This document shows, piece after piece, positions 43,961-58,170 of a stretch of 64,000 bases of DNA. The DNA is taken from assembly GCA_003344405.1 (NCBI GenBank), contig NOWV01000030.1, positions 248,001 to 312,000 of the forward strand. Reading direction: 5' to 3'. Position 1 is the stretch's first letter. The number at the start of each line of letters is the position of its first letter. The notes under the pieces were generated by a model. It saw only the letters and a list, made by a program, of their open reading frames with translations, made no database searches and had not been told where the DNA came from. The translations under genes and the position numbers were made by a program. Origin of the DNA: Trichoplax sp. H2. Taxonomy: Eukaryota.

Positions 43961-45259
43961 CGTTCTAGTCTTATCTAGGCTGTAAACATACATTAATCAA
44001 TAGAATGCAGTCCCAGTCTAGGGATTATTTTTAACATCGAATAGTCATTTCCTAGACCAGAATTGCGTCATACAATAAAAGTATTACGTATTAAGTGCAT
44101 ATTGAAAAAATTAATCTGCTACTGTAAAAACCATCGGACCCCATGTGATCTTGAATACTAATCCAGCTATTATTTTTCAAGGCGACAGAAACCATAGGAT
44201 GCAGGAATGTCATGAACAACCTCATCATCTAGCTATTCTAATACGCTATTAGGTAATTGATATCAATAACCAATCAAGTTCTTGGCCTAGCTGTAAATTA
44301 TCATAATAATAGTAAATAGAATGGAAGATAAGCTATTGACATGCTATTCTCTATCTAGCAAATCATGCACATCTACGTTAATAGCCCAATTAGATGGCAT
44401 TAAGGAGGAGAATGAATAGTTTAGCAAAATTTCATATTGAATTTATTCAACGCAAACTTGACATGAGAAATTTTCCTCTATTCATCATCGGCTTAGTTCA
44501 TGGCGGTGTAGCCATAGCAACAGTGATGTCAGTTGTTGTTGCTGTGGTATTTTTTGTCTTGGTTGGAACTAATAGACACGAGAAGAATATTGTTGACATA
44601 TTCCATTCTTATCTATATTCAATATTATGGAAAAAGGCCATGGTAGCAAGTATATTGGGCTATTTTTATACACATTAGATCGGAATAACAAAGAATAGGC
44701 CTTGCCTAGTTGACATCACAGCATCTTTTCAACAAGTCATCACTCGGTAAGACGAAAAAAGTAAGACAGAATATCGATCCAGACTGTTAGCCACTCAATT
44801 TAATAGCTGATTTAATTTTGATATTGGACAGGATATACTGTTATAATTTGGCTAACTAATTATTTTGAACTTCAATTCTGTGCTATTTGGACATCTATAA
44901 ACTATTCCTAACTTGAAAAGATTGATTTTAATATCGCATTATTATAAAAATTCCATCAACGTCGACAACGCAACATTTTATTGTACACTTCGCGGGATTA
45001 TAATAACTCTATAACGCCAAGATAAAAAGAAAATCAGATAGGGTGATAGTGTGAAAAAATAGACGATTTTATCCCTCAAAACACTTTTCCTTCTATCAAA
45101 AATATCCAATTACTTGTTTTTTATTGGTTATTATCAATACATCAAGAACATGAAACAGCTAGTACATGAATAAGTAGATCTAAGTTACATAGTTGATCTA
45201 ATATCTTCGCTAAAGATATAGACAGAAAAAACAAGACTTCTACTCAGTATTAACTGATC

Positions 45260-48200
45260 ATGGGTAGAATGGCTGATGCAGAGTAAGATATACATAGCTT
45301 ATAAACATCGATCAATAATTTAGTCATTATAAGCTAGTTGAATTAAATTAATCACTAGCATTAGGATATTAAAAAGGAGTCATAGCCTCGAATATTTCTC
45401 AGAATCTGTATTCGGCGTCTATTTTATTCTTTTTAGATCTATTATAAGTGTAACTAGTTCCGGCTCTTATGGCATGGGCGGCTCTAGTAAGTCCGACACC
45501 AGCACTGGTAAAACTTTAATGGTTGCCACTGCTGAAGATAATTTAAATTCTCCAGATAAAGCTAAAAATGCCAACACGAGTGGCTATCTACCGGAGGTAA
45601 GATTTAAAGTCAGGTGTAGCTCGAATAGTTTTTGTTCCTTCGTCTTGGAGCACTTTGGCTCTATTTTGATTTGATTCCAATCCATCATGGCTAGATACCT
45701 AGGCAATAAATCATTTTTACGTTGATTAAAAGTGGTCATCAATTGCCTAGATATAATTTTCTGTAGCCTTTTCCATCGCCTCCATCAATTCTGATAGGAT
45801 CATTGTTTTGCCAACGCTAATTCTCTGGTCAATTTCGATTTATTTCATCATCTCGATTTTTTCTCCTTCCCCTCATAATTTCCTCATCGACGCCTTTTGA
45901 TACACTTAGCGTTAATCTTTCGAATATCATTCAATACAAGTGATCCATTTTTAATTAATTTCATGTACTTCTATTACTTCTATTCACAGAAGGTTAAAAG
46001 AAAGAAGTGTGCAAACACTGTAGATAGTAAATGCCGAATTTTGATCTTAACTTGGCCAATTAGATTAATTTCAGATGCACAGGACTAAACTAATCCTATC
46101 CCGTAACCTATAAGGCCTTTAAACTAGTCTATACATTAAGATTATCCTCTGATTATGCGATAAGAAATTGACTGAAGATTAAAATAGCAATTAGAACATT
46201 ATACCATCTATATCTTTATTTTATCCTCTCGACCTTTCCACCATTTTATACGTATAAAGTGGCTTGAAATTATAAAATAAACAATCTCATCTCGAGATTA
46301 AAAAATGCGCTAATACCGCACTAGTTTTGTTCCCATTACTATTCATCGAGATCATCTAAGCCTAGAAAAAAATGTTTCAGAATAGCTTAAATTCTTTATC
46401 TTGGGATTTAATTAACGCGTAAAAATCCGCAATTACTTTTTTAGTCAATTTATACCTTTACTTCGATTGTTGAGAAGCACTAGAGTAAATTGTGACCTAG
46501 ACAGTGTTGAAGTGGAATATTGTGATTATAAATAATGATCAGGGTAATTTAAATTTACCATCATTAACCATAAGTAAACTATTAAAACACTAAATACTTG
46601 TTATACTGTAGATACATCTTGAAGTAGAAAGTTTTTTAACAAAGATCTTCATATTAAGTCAGTAGTTTAAGTTTTTAGCCCTAAATTTTATCGGAAATCA
46701 TAGATTGCGTCTTGTAGTTTATACCTGTAAATCGTGTTAATAGATTATAGCATTCTCCTGTGATATCCATATCTACTTTAATTAGCTTATTGATTATCAA
46801 TTCTAACGTGGCTGATGCTTCAATTTTCAACTTAGATTACCCTTTAAAACTCGCGATAATTAATTTCGTTTAGCTATTGTATAAGACTGCTATTAAGAAT
46901 ATTATTCCATAAATGACTACTATCCACGGGTAGCACCATTAGGATCAATTGCGATGATAACAACTTATTACACTCCCTATTTAAAAGTCTACTTATGCAG
47001 CCGTGATTGCTTGAAAGAGCAAATTGATCAATGATGAAGGATTCTAAATTAGCATTAGTCTTCAGAAAGATCGACTACGGTTAACAGAAATAGAATATTT
47101 TAAGATAGGAGGCAGATGAAATTGGATAGCTTTCATTGATATTGATTATTTCTATACCACTTTAGCTACCTTCAGATCGTTTTTCACAAACAAATTGGAA
47201 TGATTTAAGACGAGCAGTTGTAACAGGAGATAGACTTCGAGCACCACGTGTTAGAAGAGGTAAGAGATTGACGGATTAATATATGGAATGAGCCAAATGC
47301 TAATTATCCTATCCATGATATTTTTAATTAATGATTTTATTCTAATCAACAGCTCCAGATCCTCGTGATCGTCAGCGTAAACCAACACCAATGGAAGCAT
47401 TAGAACCTATTACCACTATTAAAACTCCATCTAGGAAAAATCCTAAAATAAAACGTTACGATTATCGAAATAGTTTAGAAAATTGGGAAAATGTCACAGT
47501 AAGTTATTTTCGTAAATAGAATAGCATAAATTTACTTTGGATAGAATCTTGCAGTTATTTATTCCCATTAGAAAGTATACTAAATCCATTTTCTCTTGTT
47601 CTTTCCTAGCATGTCAACTTATCATTTCAAGATTTAGGCCATGGCTATCAACGCGAAAATTTCACGCGAATATTACATCGATTATTAAGAACTCAACACT
47701 TACAACTTATGGATAACTCATTAGATGATTTAAGCAAAGTATCATTACCAGGGTAAGTAACTCTATTTCATCTTATTTGATTTTCCACTTGGTTTATTAG
47801 CTATATAAGAAGGATGTCTACGCTACAACAATGAGAATCGAATTTTTGAATATTCAGTTATACTATTATTAACTTCAAGTATCATCGCATAGTTTTATTC
47901 AAGAGGCTTGTAGTAGAAGATTGATTGTCTTCAACATTAGTTTACATTTCCCTAGAGTAACCATGTAACTGATTCATTATTTCATCTAGTATACTGTATC
48001 AAAAATAGCAATCCTATTAAGAGCTTGATTTGAGGAGTGTATTCTAATGAATTACGACATTCAAGGTTGATGGATATATTCTACAAATGAATCAATGAAA
48101 CTCATTTATAGAAACTTTTGCTTTAAATTAATATCCATTCTGTATCATAACTGAAAATTGAAAATGCACATATAAGAAATTGAGATTTATTTGGCTTTAT

Positions 48201-48953
48201 CCAATATTAAAACTAATAGTTACTTATTAAATGTCTATGTAGAATAATATAAGAAAGATTAATCTATTTCATCAAGATAATTAATTAACCGTTTTTCATT
48301 GCAGGTGTACTCATTTATGGGTTCAAAGGAATTTCTTAGATAGCTTTAAAGTAAGTCTTTCGATTCGATATATCCAATACAGCATAAAAAACAAGCTGCT
48401 ATCATTTTCAATAGTTATGATCGCAATTACAGTGTTCATGATTGAGAATTAACGTGAATTATTATTTTATTCTATATTAGAAATTACCCAAAATTCCCAA
48501 TATTAAATTTCTTCAATTATCAGAAAATGGTATTGAATCGTTAAGTGGATTACGTAAAGTAATAGGTAAATCATCAATAGAATATTTGGTACTAAAAGGA
48601 AATCCGGTGGAATTACAAGAAAATTATCGAATTGAGTAAGTCAGGATAGGATTGAAATAGTTACAGATAGAGTCTATACAGGGTTCGATTTTTTAATATA
48701 CCAGAGTCATCAAAACAATTTATTAGATCATATACTACAGTTCTATGACGACACTAATAGTTTAATCGATTGATAGTGAGCTAGGGAGTAAATAGTTTCA
48801 CTTCTAATCCAATCTACTTCATTTAATTACAGGGTATTTCAAGCTATACCAAGCCTAAAAATCTTAGATGGTATACCTAAATTACCTAGCGATGAACCTC
48901 TTGATCCAAATGCAACCAATAATGGTCAATCAACTGCTTGTATTATATCATAG
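45260..48953 (+). CDS. Uncharacterised leucine-rich-repeat protein with LRRcap and C-terminal CaaX (CIIS), about 8 exons
   Basis: Phase-compatible GT-AG exons (approx. 45260-45282, 45437-45596, 47166-47259, 47353-47498, 47610-47752, 48305-48350, 48481-48635, 48832-48953). They give VNLSFQDLG...[11 protein letters not shown]...[36 protein letters not shown]...[30 protein letters not shown]...TACIIS*. The N-terminal exons are less certain. Confidence 0.8.
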
Positions 48954-51456
48954 CATCCGGGTTAATACTTAATTATTAGCTAATCTATTAAGAATTATTA
49001 CAATTTTTGTCTAATTGGTACAACAACGACAATCAGTTATGGTATTCACTATAGCTGAGATACAACTTGAAATCCATGATTTCTCTAAATTTCAACATAA
49101 CAGACAACTATGGTTAATATACATAGGAATATCATACTAAATAAAACGACGATATGCTCATGACTATTCATGAAGCGGTAATAATATCCTATCTTGACTA
49201 TAATAATGATCAGTATCATTATTTATTAGTATAGATTATGAAGTAGACTGGGTAGTTTGTCATTACTTCTGATATGATCATGTCAAGTGGAATACTTTCG
49301 TATTCTATATTTTCCTTTTAATTTGAAATACTATAATGATCAACGCTCTTATGCTACCCTCTGTCATTTTCCATCATCGTTTTTTAACTGTTTTTATAAT
49401 TATTATGGCTATCGACGCACAGAATACCTATGCCATGTATCGGACGTCGAGCAATATATAGGATTCAAATGTATTTATACTATGATAGTAGTATAATTTA
49501 ATTTTGTATTAATATTGCTTGAAAGTAAAGAAAATATTCTAGACAATTAGTTCTGTCAACTTTATCTCGCTGTCATGATTGTTTGCAACTGCAATCTTGT
49601 ATGGAATATTGAGAGACGGAATATGATTTATTGATTAAAATTTGATGGTATCAATTGATGCAATATGATTAATGTAAGATGAATCATATCATTTATGGAT
49701 CGAAGATAAAGGATAGCCATAACGTTAACATTTGCTCGTACTGCTCACCATTAATCATATGCAATTGATCATTAACCACAAGAATAGATAGTTTAACTTG
49801 TATTTTGGACTATCATGTATTACAGTGACGATGATATGGATATAAAATATAATCCATGTATGATCAGAAAAAATTTTTGACTTGATGGTGACCAATTTTA
49901 AAATGTCACCTTGTATGTGATTTTTTCAACTTTTGCCTCTTGCTGGTTATTGTTGATATCATCATGTATCAATTGATTTTGTTTTGTACTATTTCTATTT
50001 ATGTAGTCAAATTGGATTTAGCTTTTATCTTAAATACCGTAAAGATGAGTTATTAATTTCCACTATTTATAGACTAATGGTGAACAATTATTAGTTATCA
50101 AATCTATCATAGAAGGATCCTCTGAGGTTTAGATATATAATGACAATACAGAGATTTTTTTTGGTGTGTAGAAATGAAATTGGAATTTTATTTGGACAAA
50201 TCTCTTCAACATAATGTAGAGAGATGAACTGACTTTCGATATCATTTTGTTAAGATCATTTTTATTACATGATGATATTAAAACCTGCAAGTATTCTCAG
50301 CCTCAAGCAAATAATAAAGGTTCTATTAAAATACGAGATGTAGAGTATTTATAAGATATTGGTATTCAATTTTGAGCTAAAAAACTTAAAAATAAGCATA
50401 AAGTAAATCACTATTATAAATCCCTAAAATAGAATAAGATGTAATTATTTTAAACAGCTAATTGGTTTAACCTGCCGTCAAAGTAATTCTCAAAAATTGG
50501 AATATAGTCGTCCTATTTCCAAATTGAAAGTATGGCTAACGGTAAGTCATGGTTATCTAGTAAATAGTGAAAGGTGAAAATCATGATACCGAAGCGAAAT
50601 TTGGGAGTTAAAATGATCATGCATTGTCTCGATCTTTCTGGCAGAATAGATATTTCATATGGTCATTTCAAATCGTTTCAGAAAAGATATTGGAATCGTT
50701 TTTCGTTTTCGAAAGGACCTTTCCCTTCGGTTATTTCTATAGCACACGATTCTGCCTTACATTATAGACTGCAGTCTAAAATGATACATTAACATACTTC
50801 ACTTTTCTCCCACAATGATACTAGTAATAGTAACTATAATTATATCAGAAACTTGAAGCCTAATTTGTTACTTACCAACTCAGAACATGTTAGAATTTAA
50901 AGGGAAATTACACAGTTGAAACCAAAATATTTCATAGACAACATTTTAATAACTTGCAGATTATTATGCGTATTAGATCATTAAATGATTAGCTTCATAT
51001 ATAAATAGTATCGGAGACTTCTTAGAAGTCCTCGATAGTACTATGTACCACATACAAAATACTCATCAGAAAACGTCGTTAATTATATCGATATTAGACT
51101 TAAGAGACAGAAACGCATCACTAATATCAGTTGCTACACTAATGCAATATTTTAGTCTAGCACAATATTCTTCGTTAATAAGGTCTCAATAACATTGAAC
51201 AATATTCATTTACTGTTATAGTAGCAGCCGATATATTCATTGTTCATTTACTATTATATAAATAGCCCATTATACAAAATAATTATATCATTACTTAATG
51301 TACTAGCAAAGGATAAATATAGCATGTTGCCATCGGATCGGGTAGACGCATTATTTTAAAAACTACCAAAAAAGTTATCATGAAAGGAGGCAGCGATGTA
51401 ATTAGGTTCAATTTATTGCCCACAAGTTGAAGATTGAAAAGTATGAAGAGTAGTAT

Positions 51457-53202
51457 CTATACTCCAGTAAATTGATGAGGCTTTATAAGTATTTGACTTG
51501 TAGTTGTATTCTTGATCAAAATGTCGTTATAATTAATACAGTTAGCTTTATTTAGGCCCCATCTACGTGTTATATCTGGAATTGTTTTCGATTTACGAGT
51601 AACCCATTTATCATTATATAGATTAGTGCACAGTTTACACATGCCACTTTGCATATTACACGAAGATGAATGATCCTTATAGGTAGCTTTCCACTTAAAG
51701 AAGCTGTTATATAGTGCGTCATTAGCTGCAATCAATTTAATATAATCTGCTAGTTGTAGCAACGTTTTAAAATCTTGGACGTTAATATAGGATCCCGGTG
51801 GGGCAATTGTTTCATCTTGAAAGTTAGCTCCATTCACGACAATCGGTACCAATGCTCTACCCAATGAATGGATAAAAAACTTTTCCGTCACATAATCTCG
51901 GCAAATAAAATTTTCGAAACTTAAATAAAATTTATATTGACTACTTATCTTGCGCCTACAAGTACCATCTCTAGGGCATGATAAATTTCCACATTTGCCA
52001 TATATATCAATAGGTGGAAATTTAGCCAATTCCTTAACAAATGCTTGACGACCCGGATAACAAGTACTTGCTACCCAAGCAATTAATTTATTTTTACCTT
52101 TGGCATAATTATAATTCTCCTTACATTGCTTACGAAAATCGCCTTTAATAAAATTGCCATAACATACTCGAATATCAGCATCTCGTGCATATGTCATCAT
52201 AACATTGAATATGTTGTTATGGAAAGGGAAGATACCAGATCGTACAGCAAAACCATGAGTTACGGCAGGATTTTCGTATGAATGGTAAACCCATAATTGT
52301 CGAGGCGATACCGAATCTCTATAACGAAAGGTTTCCGTTTTGTTCATGATAGAATCAGCACCATGAAATAGTAATGCATCGCTGATATTAAGTAGGTCTT
52401 TATCTTCAGTTAGATCACATGAAAACTGACCACAATTCAAAACTCCAAATTGAAATGGCCAACGAGTATGAAACCAAGTTGTCCATATTAAAATGGTTTT
52501 CCGTTGCATCTTTTCCTGATCCTTTGGAATTAGACGTTGCTTCCATGCACTCTCTTTGGTAATAGGCTTTTGATGAAACACCTTTTTAGTTGTATCATCT
52601 TCACGTTTACGATTACGGTTGTTCGATGAGGGAATAATGGTCGCTATTTTAGATTTTGAGGAATAAGGTTTGCTTGTTGTAGATTTAGTTAGTTTCTTCG
52701 ATTGCTTTACTGGAGTACTAGGACTATTTTGATTTGGCTTTAATAACAATAGTTTGCTCTTGGTTGATTTAAGTTTTACTACCGGACTTGTTGCTAATAT
52801 CATTTTGGGCGAAGGATTTGTATGTGGAATATTTTTTTGTTGAGGCGGAGTCGATGTGATTGGTGGATGTGTCCTTGAAGAAGTCTGTGCAGCCATTTGT
52901 TTTGGAGGTAATGTAAGTGTTGTTGGTTTGCCTGTCCATGGGCCCACGTTAGACGGAGTCGAGATGGTTGGTTTATGTATCTGTGCAACTATTTGATTAT
53001 TGGTGTGTTGAAGAATGAATGACTTATCAGATGAATCTCTCGGTTGTTTAATCGTTGGAGCTTTGGTATCGCTCGTAGAGTATTTTTTAATATATTCATT
53101 GGTCTTTGTTGAATTTGGGATTAAAAATGTCCATGCCATAGCTATGAAAGTAAGGCCGATTACAATCCTTGTAAGATATCTTAAAAATCTTGCTTGAATC
53201 AT
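51457..53202 (-). CDS. Alpha-1,3-fucosyltransferase (GT10), type II membrane protein, intronless CDS, paralogue A
   Basis: 581-aa ORF with an N-terminal TM segment, S/T/P/K-rich stem, ILIWTTWF, SDALLFH, WVYHSYENP, IAWVASTC, IDIYGKCG and YKFYLSFENFICRDYVTEKFF. Confidence 0.95.
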   Translation of the reverse strand: MIQARFLRYLTRIVIGLTFIAMAWTFLIPNSTKTNEYIKKYSTSDTKAPTIKQPRDSSDKSFILQHTNNQIVAQIHKPTISTPSNVGPWTGKPTTLTLPPKQMAAQTSSRTHPPITSTPPQQKNIPHTNPSPKMILATSPVVKLKSTKSKLLLLKPNQNSPSTPVKQSKKLTKSTTSKPYSSKSKIATIIPSSNNRNRKREDDTTKKVFHQKPITKESAWKQRLIPKDQEKMQRKTILIWTTWFHTRWPFQFGVLNCGQFSCDLTEDKDLLNISDALLFHGADSIMNKTETFRYRDSVSPRQLWVYHSYENPAVTHGFAVRSGIFPFHNNIFNVMMTYARDADIRVCYGNFIKGDFRKQCKENYNYAKGKNKLIAWVASTCYPGRQAFVKELAKFPPIDIYGKCGNLSCPRDGTCRRKISSQYKFYLSFENFICRDYVTEKFFIHSLGRALVPIVVNGANFQDETIAPPGSYINVQDFKTLLQLADYIKLIAANDALYNSFFKWKATYKDHSSSCNMQSGMCKLCTNLYNDKWVTRKSKTIPDITRRWGLNKANCINYNDILIKNTTTSQILIKPHQFTGV

Positions 53203-54739
53203 TTTAATAGCTAGTTCATTTTTTGTTACTAGTAATGTGGAGATAAAGTCAAGCTATGCCAAGGCGCAGAAAATTGTATGTAGCTGACGATATGGCCATT
53301 TTGTGTAAACATTGCTTACAACATCATATCACGATTGATGATGATGATGTTAACGTACGCTCAATTCTCTTGCAATAAATAATTATAATGCATTAGAACG
53401 GTCCATCATCATGAAAGGATATTGCTATGGCGATTCTGTCACGATAAAAATTAGTCCATTGACTACTCCTTGAAAAGAGTCTAGAATGAATAGAAGTGAT
53501 AGGCAACGGTAGATCAATTTGATACTGTGGTATAGACCAGGTGGTAATTTGCTTTCTTTTACTTTCACTTGGAGCTGTTGCGCTTTACTAATGGATTAAG
53601 ATCATAAGGATAAAATGACCAGCGATGATGGAATCTGTAGTTTTGGAGGAAGTGAAAGTTTACTAATATAGAATTCAATTGCGTGGAAGGGAAAGCTGCC
53701 AGCACGCTGTAACCCACGGACACTCTGTATAGTAAGCTATAGTCGATAATGCAATACTTGAGTACCGGTATAGTACATTAGTATGCCAGCCTACTCGTAA
53801 GTTCTCAAGTCGATTTTCTACCATCGTCAGTGCGCAGTCCTGCTTGTATCACGTGATCAGAGATGTCACATTAAGATGTTGTGGTACGGAATTGTCTAAA
53901 ATGGATTTACTTAGCTTGTACTCTATACGTTAGCTCATGGATGCGTATCGTGATAGCAAGTGAGTGAATACTACATTAGACAATTTTCCTGGTATTTTAG
54001 CCATTTGCAACCTAAATACTACATTCGCTTTTCATGAAATACATTTCAAATTACTTCATTAACGAACCTATTTATTATTATTTTAAAGATTGAATGCGTC
54101 AACAGTTGTGAAATATCTGAAGAATAGTGTAGCAAACCATGAATATATGACTATATAAAACCTAGATACAATTGTATTTGAAATAAAAGCGTAAGGGATG
54201 ACAGAAGCCACTTTTGCTGGTGTTCTACAGTACTATCGTACCTGAGTACTTTGTACTGTAGTACACAGACTACTTGAAGACGAATGCATGACTTTACAGT
54301 ATATGATTTTCTATTGTGTCAAGAGCTTTCGCTCACAGAAAATAAACACAATTTTCAACTACAATATCAAGTACTGTACTGTAGACTGAACACTTCTACA
54401 GCCAATAAGGGAACGGCCAAGTTGAACTGAAGGTGGGTCTAATCGACTAACCAACTGACTGTACTGAGCGCTTGTACTTACTTTACTATGGCAATAACTG
54501 CTCCGCTCCTGCCTACACTAGATGTAAACAATCCAAATTTAAATCATCTCACGATCGCCTCCACCCCCTTCTACTTTTTACTCGTACTGTATATAGGAGA
54601 AGATTTCTCAAACGATTACATCATCAATTCAAATATCGTTATTAGATCGTAGACGAAGACCAACTTAGCCGATGGTAGGCTCAAGATCGCTGTAGCTATT
54701 GGACGACGATGATTGGAGAAAGCAATTAGAGGAATCAAG

Positions 54740-57700
54740 ATGGAAACGAAGGAGGAAATGAACATGGATCAAATGAAGAGTAAAGCTGTTGATCGTGCTG
54801 ACAATTTACTTTGTCGTGCAAAGGAATTTCGACATGTTCAAGGAGCTAATAAATTAATTAAGAAAATACTAGCCGAATTGAATTTTTTACAATCGGTAAG
54901 TATCAGTTATGAATGATCCGATTGAGAAATCGCCGCAATAGAATAGCATCCTATTCAGAATTCAACTTGCAATAGTAGTAATAGCAAATTGCGTATGCAT
55001 AGTTGAAATGTCCATACTGTAATTATAATGGATCACACAATAAGCTCCCAATCATCACTTTATTGATATAAAAACTGGAATGTTTTTCAACTTTCAAAAG
55101 TAGCAATATCATAACTCTATGTAGATTTGTGTTAAAGTCACAGTCGATGACGTTATTTTAATTTTCTGCAGTTTGTTCTACGTGTAGTCCATTTTGTTGC
55201 ATAGGCTACTTATATCTGTATTTTATTTGCAATATACGTATATTTGAACTTTATTGCTCGTAAATTAATAGCTACGAGTATGTTTAAATTAGTTCTTGGC
55301 GATGTATTAGCTATCGTCAATCATCAGTAGACTATGGTAGGTGTCATTTGCTGAACTTCGCATTGCAATTCTGACTCAAACTCGAGCTTAGAATCTGTAT
55401 ATGCGGGTATGATTGAGCTTTATTAGTATGCAGATAAATTAGCTATATTCAAACTAGTTGTTTAGGATGTATTTGCTATCGTTAATCATCAGTAGACCAT
55501 GGTAGGTATCATTTGCTGAACTTTGCATCGCAATTCTGACTCAAACTCGAGCTTAGAATCTGTATATGCGGGTATTGTTGAGCTTTATTAGCATACAGAT
55601 AAATTGGCTATATTCAAACCAGTTGTTTAGAATGTATTTGCTATTGTTAATCATCAGGAGACTATGGTAGGCATCATTTGCTGAACTTTGCATAGCAATT
55701 CTGACGCAAATTCAAGCTTAGAATAAAACATTAACAGAATATTTTGTCTGTTGTAGACTCAGATAGAAGATTTACAGAAGAAAACCAATAACCTCAAAAG
55801 TAATAATTTGAATTATTTTAGTGCTATGGTCAACACTATCTCTTCATGCCATAATTTGGTTGGCATATTTAAATCCTTTTCCTACTTATCAAGCCAACCC
55901 AATCAAAGTAGAAAGATACTCATGGTTGATGTTGTTTGCGATAACGGTTTAACTTGGATAAAAGTAATTTCTAGAAATCCACTGGCGTTACATCGATTGT
56001 TTCAAGGTTTGAATATTCAATTGACTGGTTAAATCCACATCAAAATAAACATACTCCAGTGACCATCATGACAGTTCTTCTTCATGCCGTAAAAATTGCA
56101 TAAATTAAATTAACTGTCATAAATAGTAATGATGTACGAAAATACTTTACTCAACTTGACATCATATTTAATACTAGTCAATGTTGTCGCAATATTGAAT
56201 AATATATGCGTTCATGTATATTGAATATAGGCGAAGGACGATATGGCGAAAAACATATTATGCACCAAGCTAATGTATGAATATAAGCACTCAACATGAA
56301 GAAATGGAATATTACCATATATATGATACAATGCGGTCGTCTTTACCTAACGTTATAAATTTGTCTATATTACTGTCATATAGGAATACCTAATGGCTCA
56401 TGAACAACATCCATGCAACTTTAGTAAACCTTCTTTAGTATTTTCTTTTAGTAATGGATTGTCTGAAGCAATTGCAGGTTAGCATTGCCGATAGTTACAA
56501 TTTTGAATGTTCTCATGTATTATAACCTCATTTGTAGCTTTCCTTGTTTCTTCTTTTTTAAGGGTAGAATCATTTCATAATATTCTAATCTTTTGCTGAC
56601 GAGTATTTCATAATCTCATAGTCAGATTACTACACTTACGTACTTGATAGAATAACGATACACTTTCTTTAAATTTAACTTTTAAAAGATGAACTAAAAG
56701 CTGCCGAAATTAAAGTTATTGGACAAATAATTCCAAACGATTACTTTGATCATGACGGCCTTTCTGATTACAAAGAATTGCCCTTGCTCAACGACATTAA
56801 ATGCGATATCCCTGCTCCTAATATGCCAGCATGCACTAAGGCATTTTTCGATATTACTACTCTCTTCGCTTATGTAGCTGAAGTTACTAATGGCGATTGC
56901 CATCGCGAGTTTAAGGTAGGAAATTGATAAAGTAAGTGTTGTACATGTTATGATTATAAAGTCAGTAGAAAACATTTTGCGATATCAAATTAATGTAGTC
57001 AATGTCGGAGGTGAGTAACTTATCCCTTAATATGGAATTTGCAACAATTTTTGCAGCGGAGGATTAGGTTGTTACGTACATATGCGTAAATTAACGATGC
57101 TACCGATGTAGCTATATCTCCAGCTAGGTAAAATTGATCGATTTGTATCATCAATAGGATCCGATATTGCAAGCACAAGCCATTGATGAGAAGGAATGTC
57201 CAGTTTTACCACAAATCAACGAATATATTGAAGGTGGGATACTACTTCGTAGAGTTTTTCTATTACATATCAATCTTTCATGGCAAATGGGCAGCAGACG
57301 TGTATACCGTGCATGGACTACTAGAAAAATACGTATGACATTTTTCTAGTCTTCCATGATGCCAGAGATCTATTTCAGAGTATTTTAGTATTAGCAAAGT
57401 GAATTTATTTATTGTTTGGCATTTAGATACAGTATAAATAATAAGTTTTATAATATAATTATCAATTATATAGCCTAATATTGCATCAACAATTATTTAA
57501 AATTATATAATATATTGTATGTGATGAAATAATTGACGTTTCAGTATAATTGAACTAATTCCTTAAAGGTAAAGAACTTTATACTTGCAAAGCAGCAGTA
57601 GAAGATTTTCGTTCCATACTTATGACTGTCGGTAGTATTAGAGAGCGTGAAAGGAGCAAGTACGGCATTTATTTTCCTTCTAACAATCAAGATATTCTCT

Positions 57701-58170
57701 CCATTAAATATAATCGTTTCATTTTCACCTAATTTTAGAGATTTATTAGAAAAGCTTACTGTAGTAGATGATGACCCTAGTGCAAGGGTTTTACAGCTAA
57801 AGACTAGCTCAAAAGTTAAATTACGATCAATTGTGAGTATAATTTTGTATTGCACATTTTAAAACTGTAAATGTTGATTATAAAATGAGTTGTTTGCGAT
57901 TAATATGTAGATTGTATTCGGAACTAGCGATAAACTCAAAGCAACAATAATTACGGCAAATGTGGCTTTTCTTCGATCAGCTGCAAATCAGGTAATAATG
58001 GATAAATAAGAAATCCTTGATATACCGTAGGGAAAGCACTTTCGTCACTTTGCTATCCAATTAAACAGGGCGTAGAATTTTCCGCATTTGTTCATCAATC
58101 ACGATTTTTAACTGGTATTCGGCAATCGCTGCCAGATGAAGAATACGCTAACTTGATTCATTCCAAGTAG
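54740..58170 (+). CDS. C7orf25: UPF0415 / C7orf25 homologue (DUF1308), 10 coding exons
   Basis: Exons start at approx. 54740, 55757, 56231, 56384, 56689, 57158, 57569, 57739, 57911 and 58069. They encode VQGANKLIKKILAELNFLQS|...LKSNNLNYF...VDVVCDNGLTWIKVISRNP...GEGRYGEKHI...FDITTLFAYVAEVTNG...LQAQAIDEKECPVLP...IVFGTSD...ITANVAFLRSAANQ|GVEFSAFVHQSRFLTG. Confidence 0.9.
55280..55725. repeat. 165-bp tandem repeat, about 2.7 copies, in C7orf25 intron 1
   Basis: TCATCAG.AGAC.ATGGTAGG at 55321, 55486 and 55651. Confidence 0.93.

Noticed and set aside
44394..44678. 94-aa ORF with a hydrophobic stretch
   Set aside because: No recognisable homology or convincing splice context. It is plausible by chance in AT-rich DNA and cannot be supported.
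53848..53857. ATCACGTGAT E-box/CLEAR-like palindrome between FUT paralogue A and C7orf25
   Set aside because: A single short motif, not distinguishable from chance without conservation or binding data.
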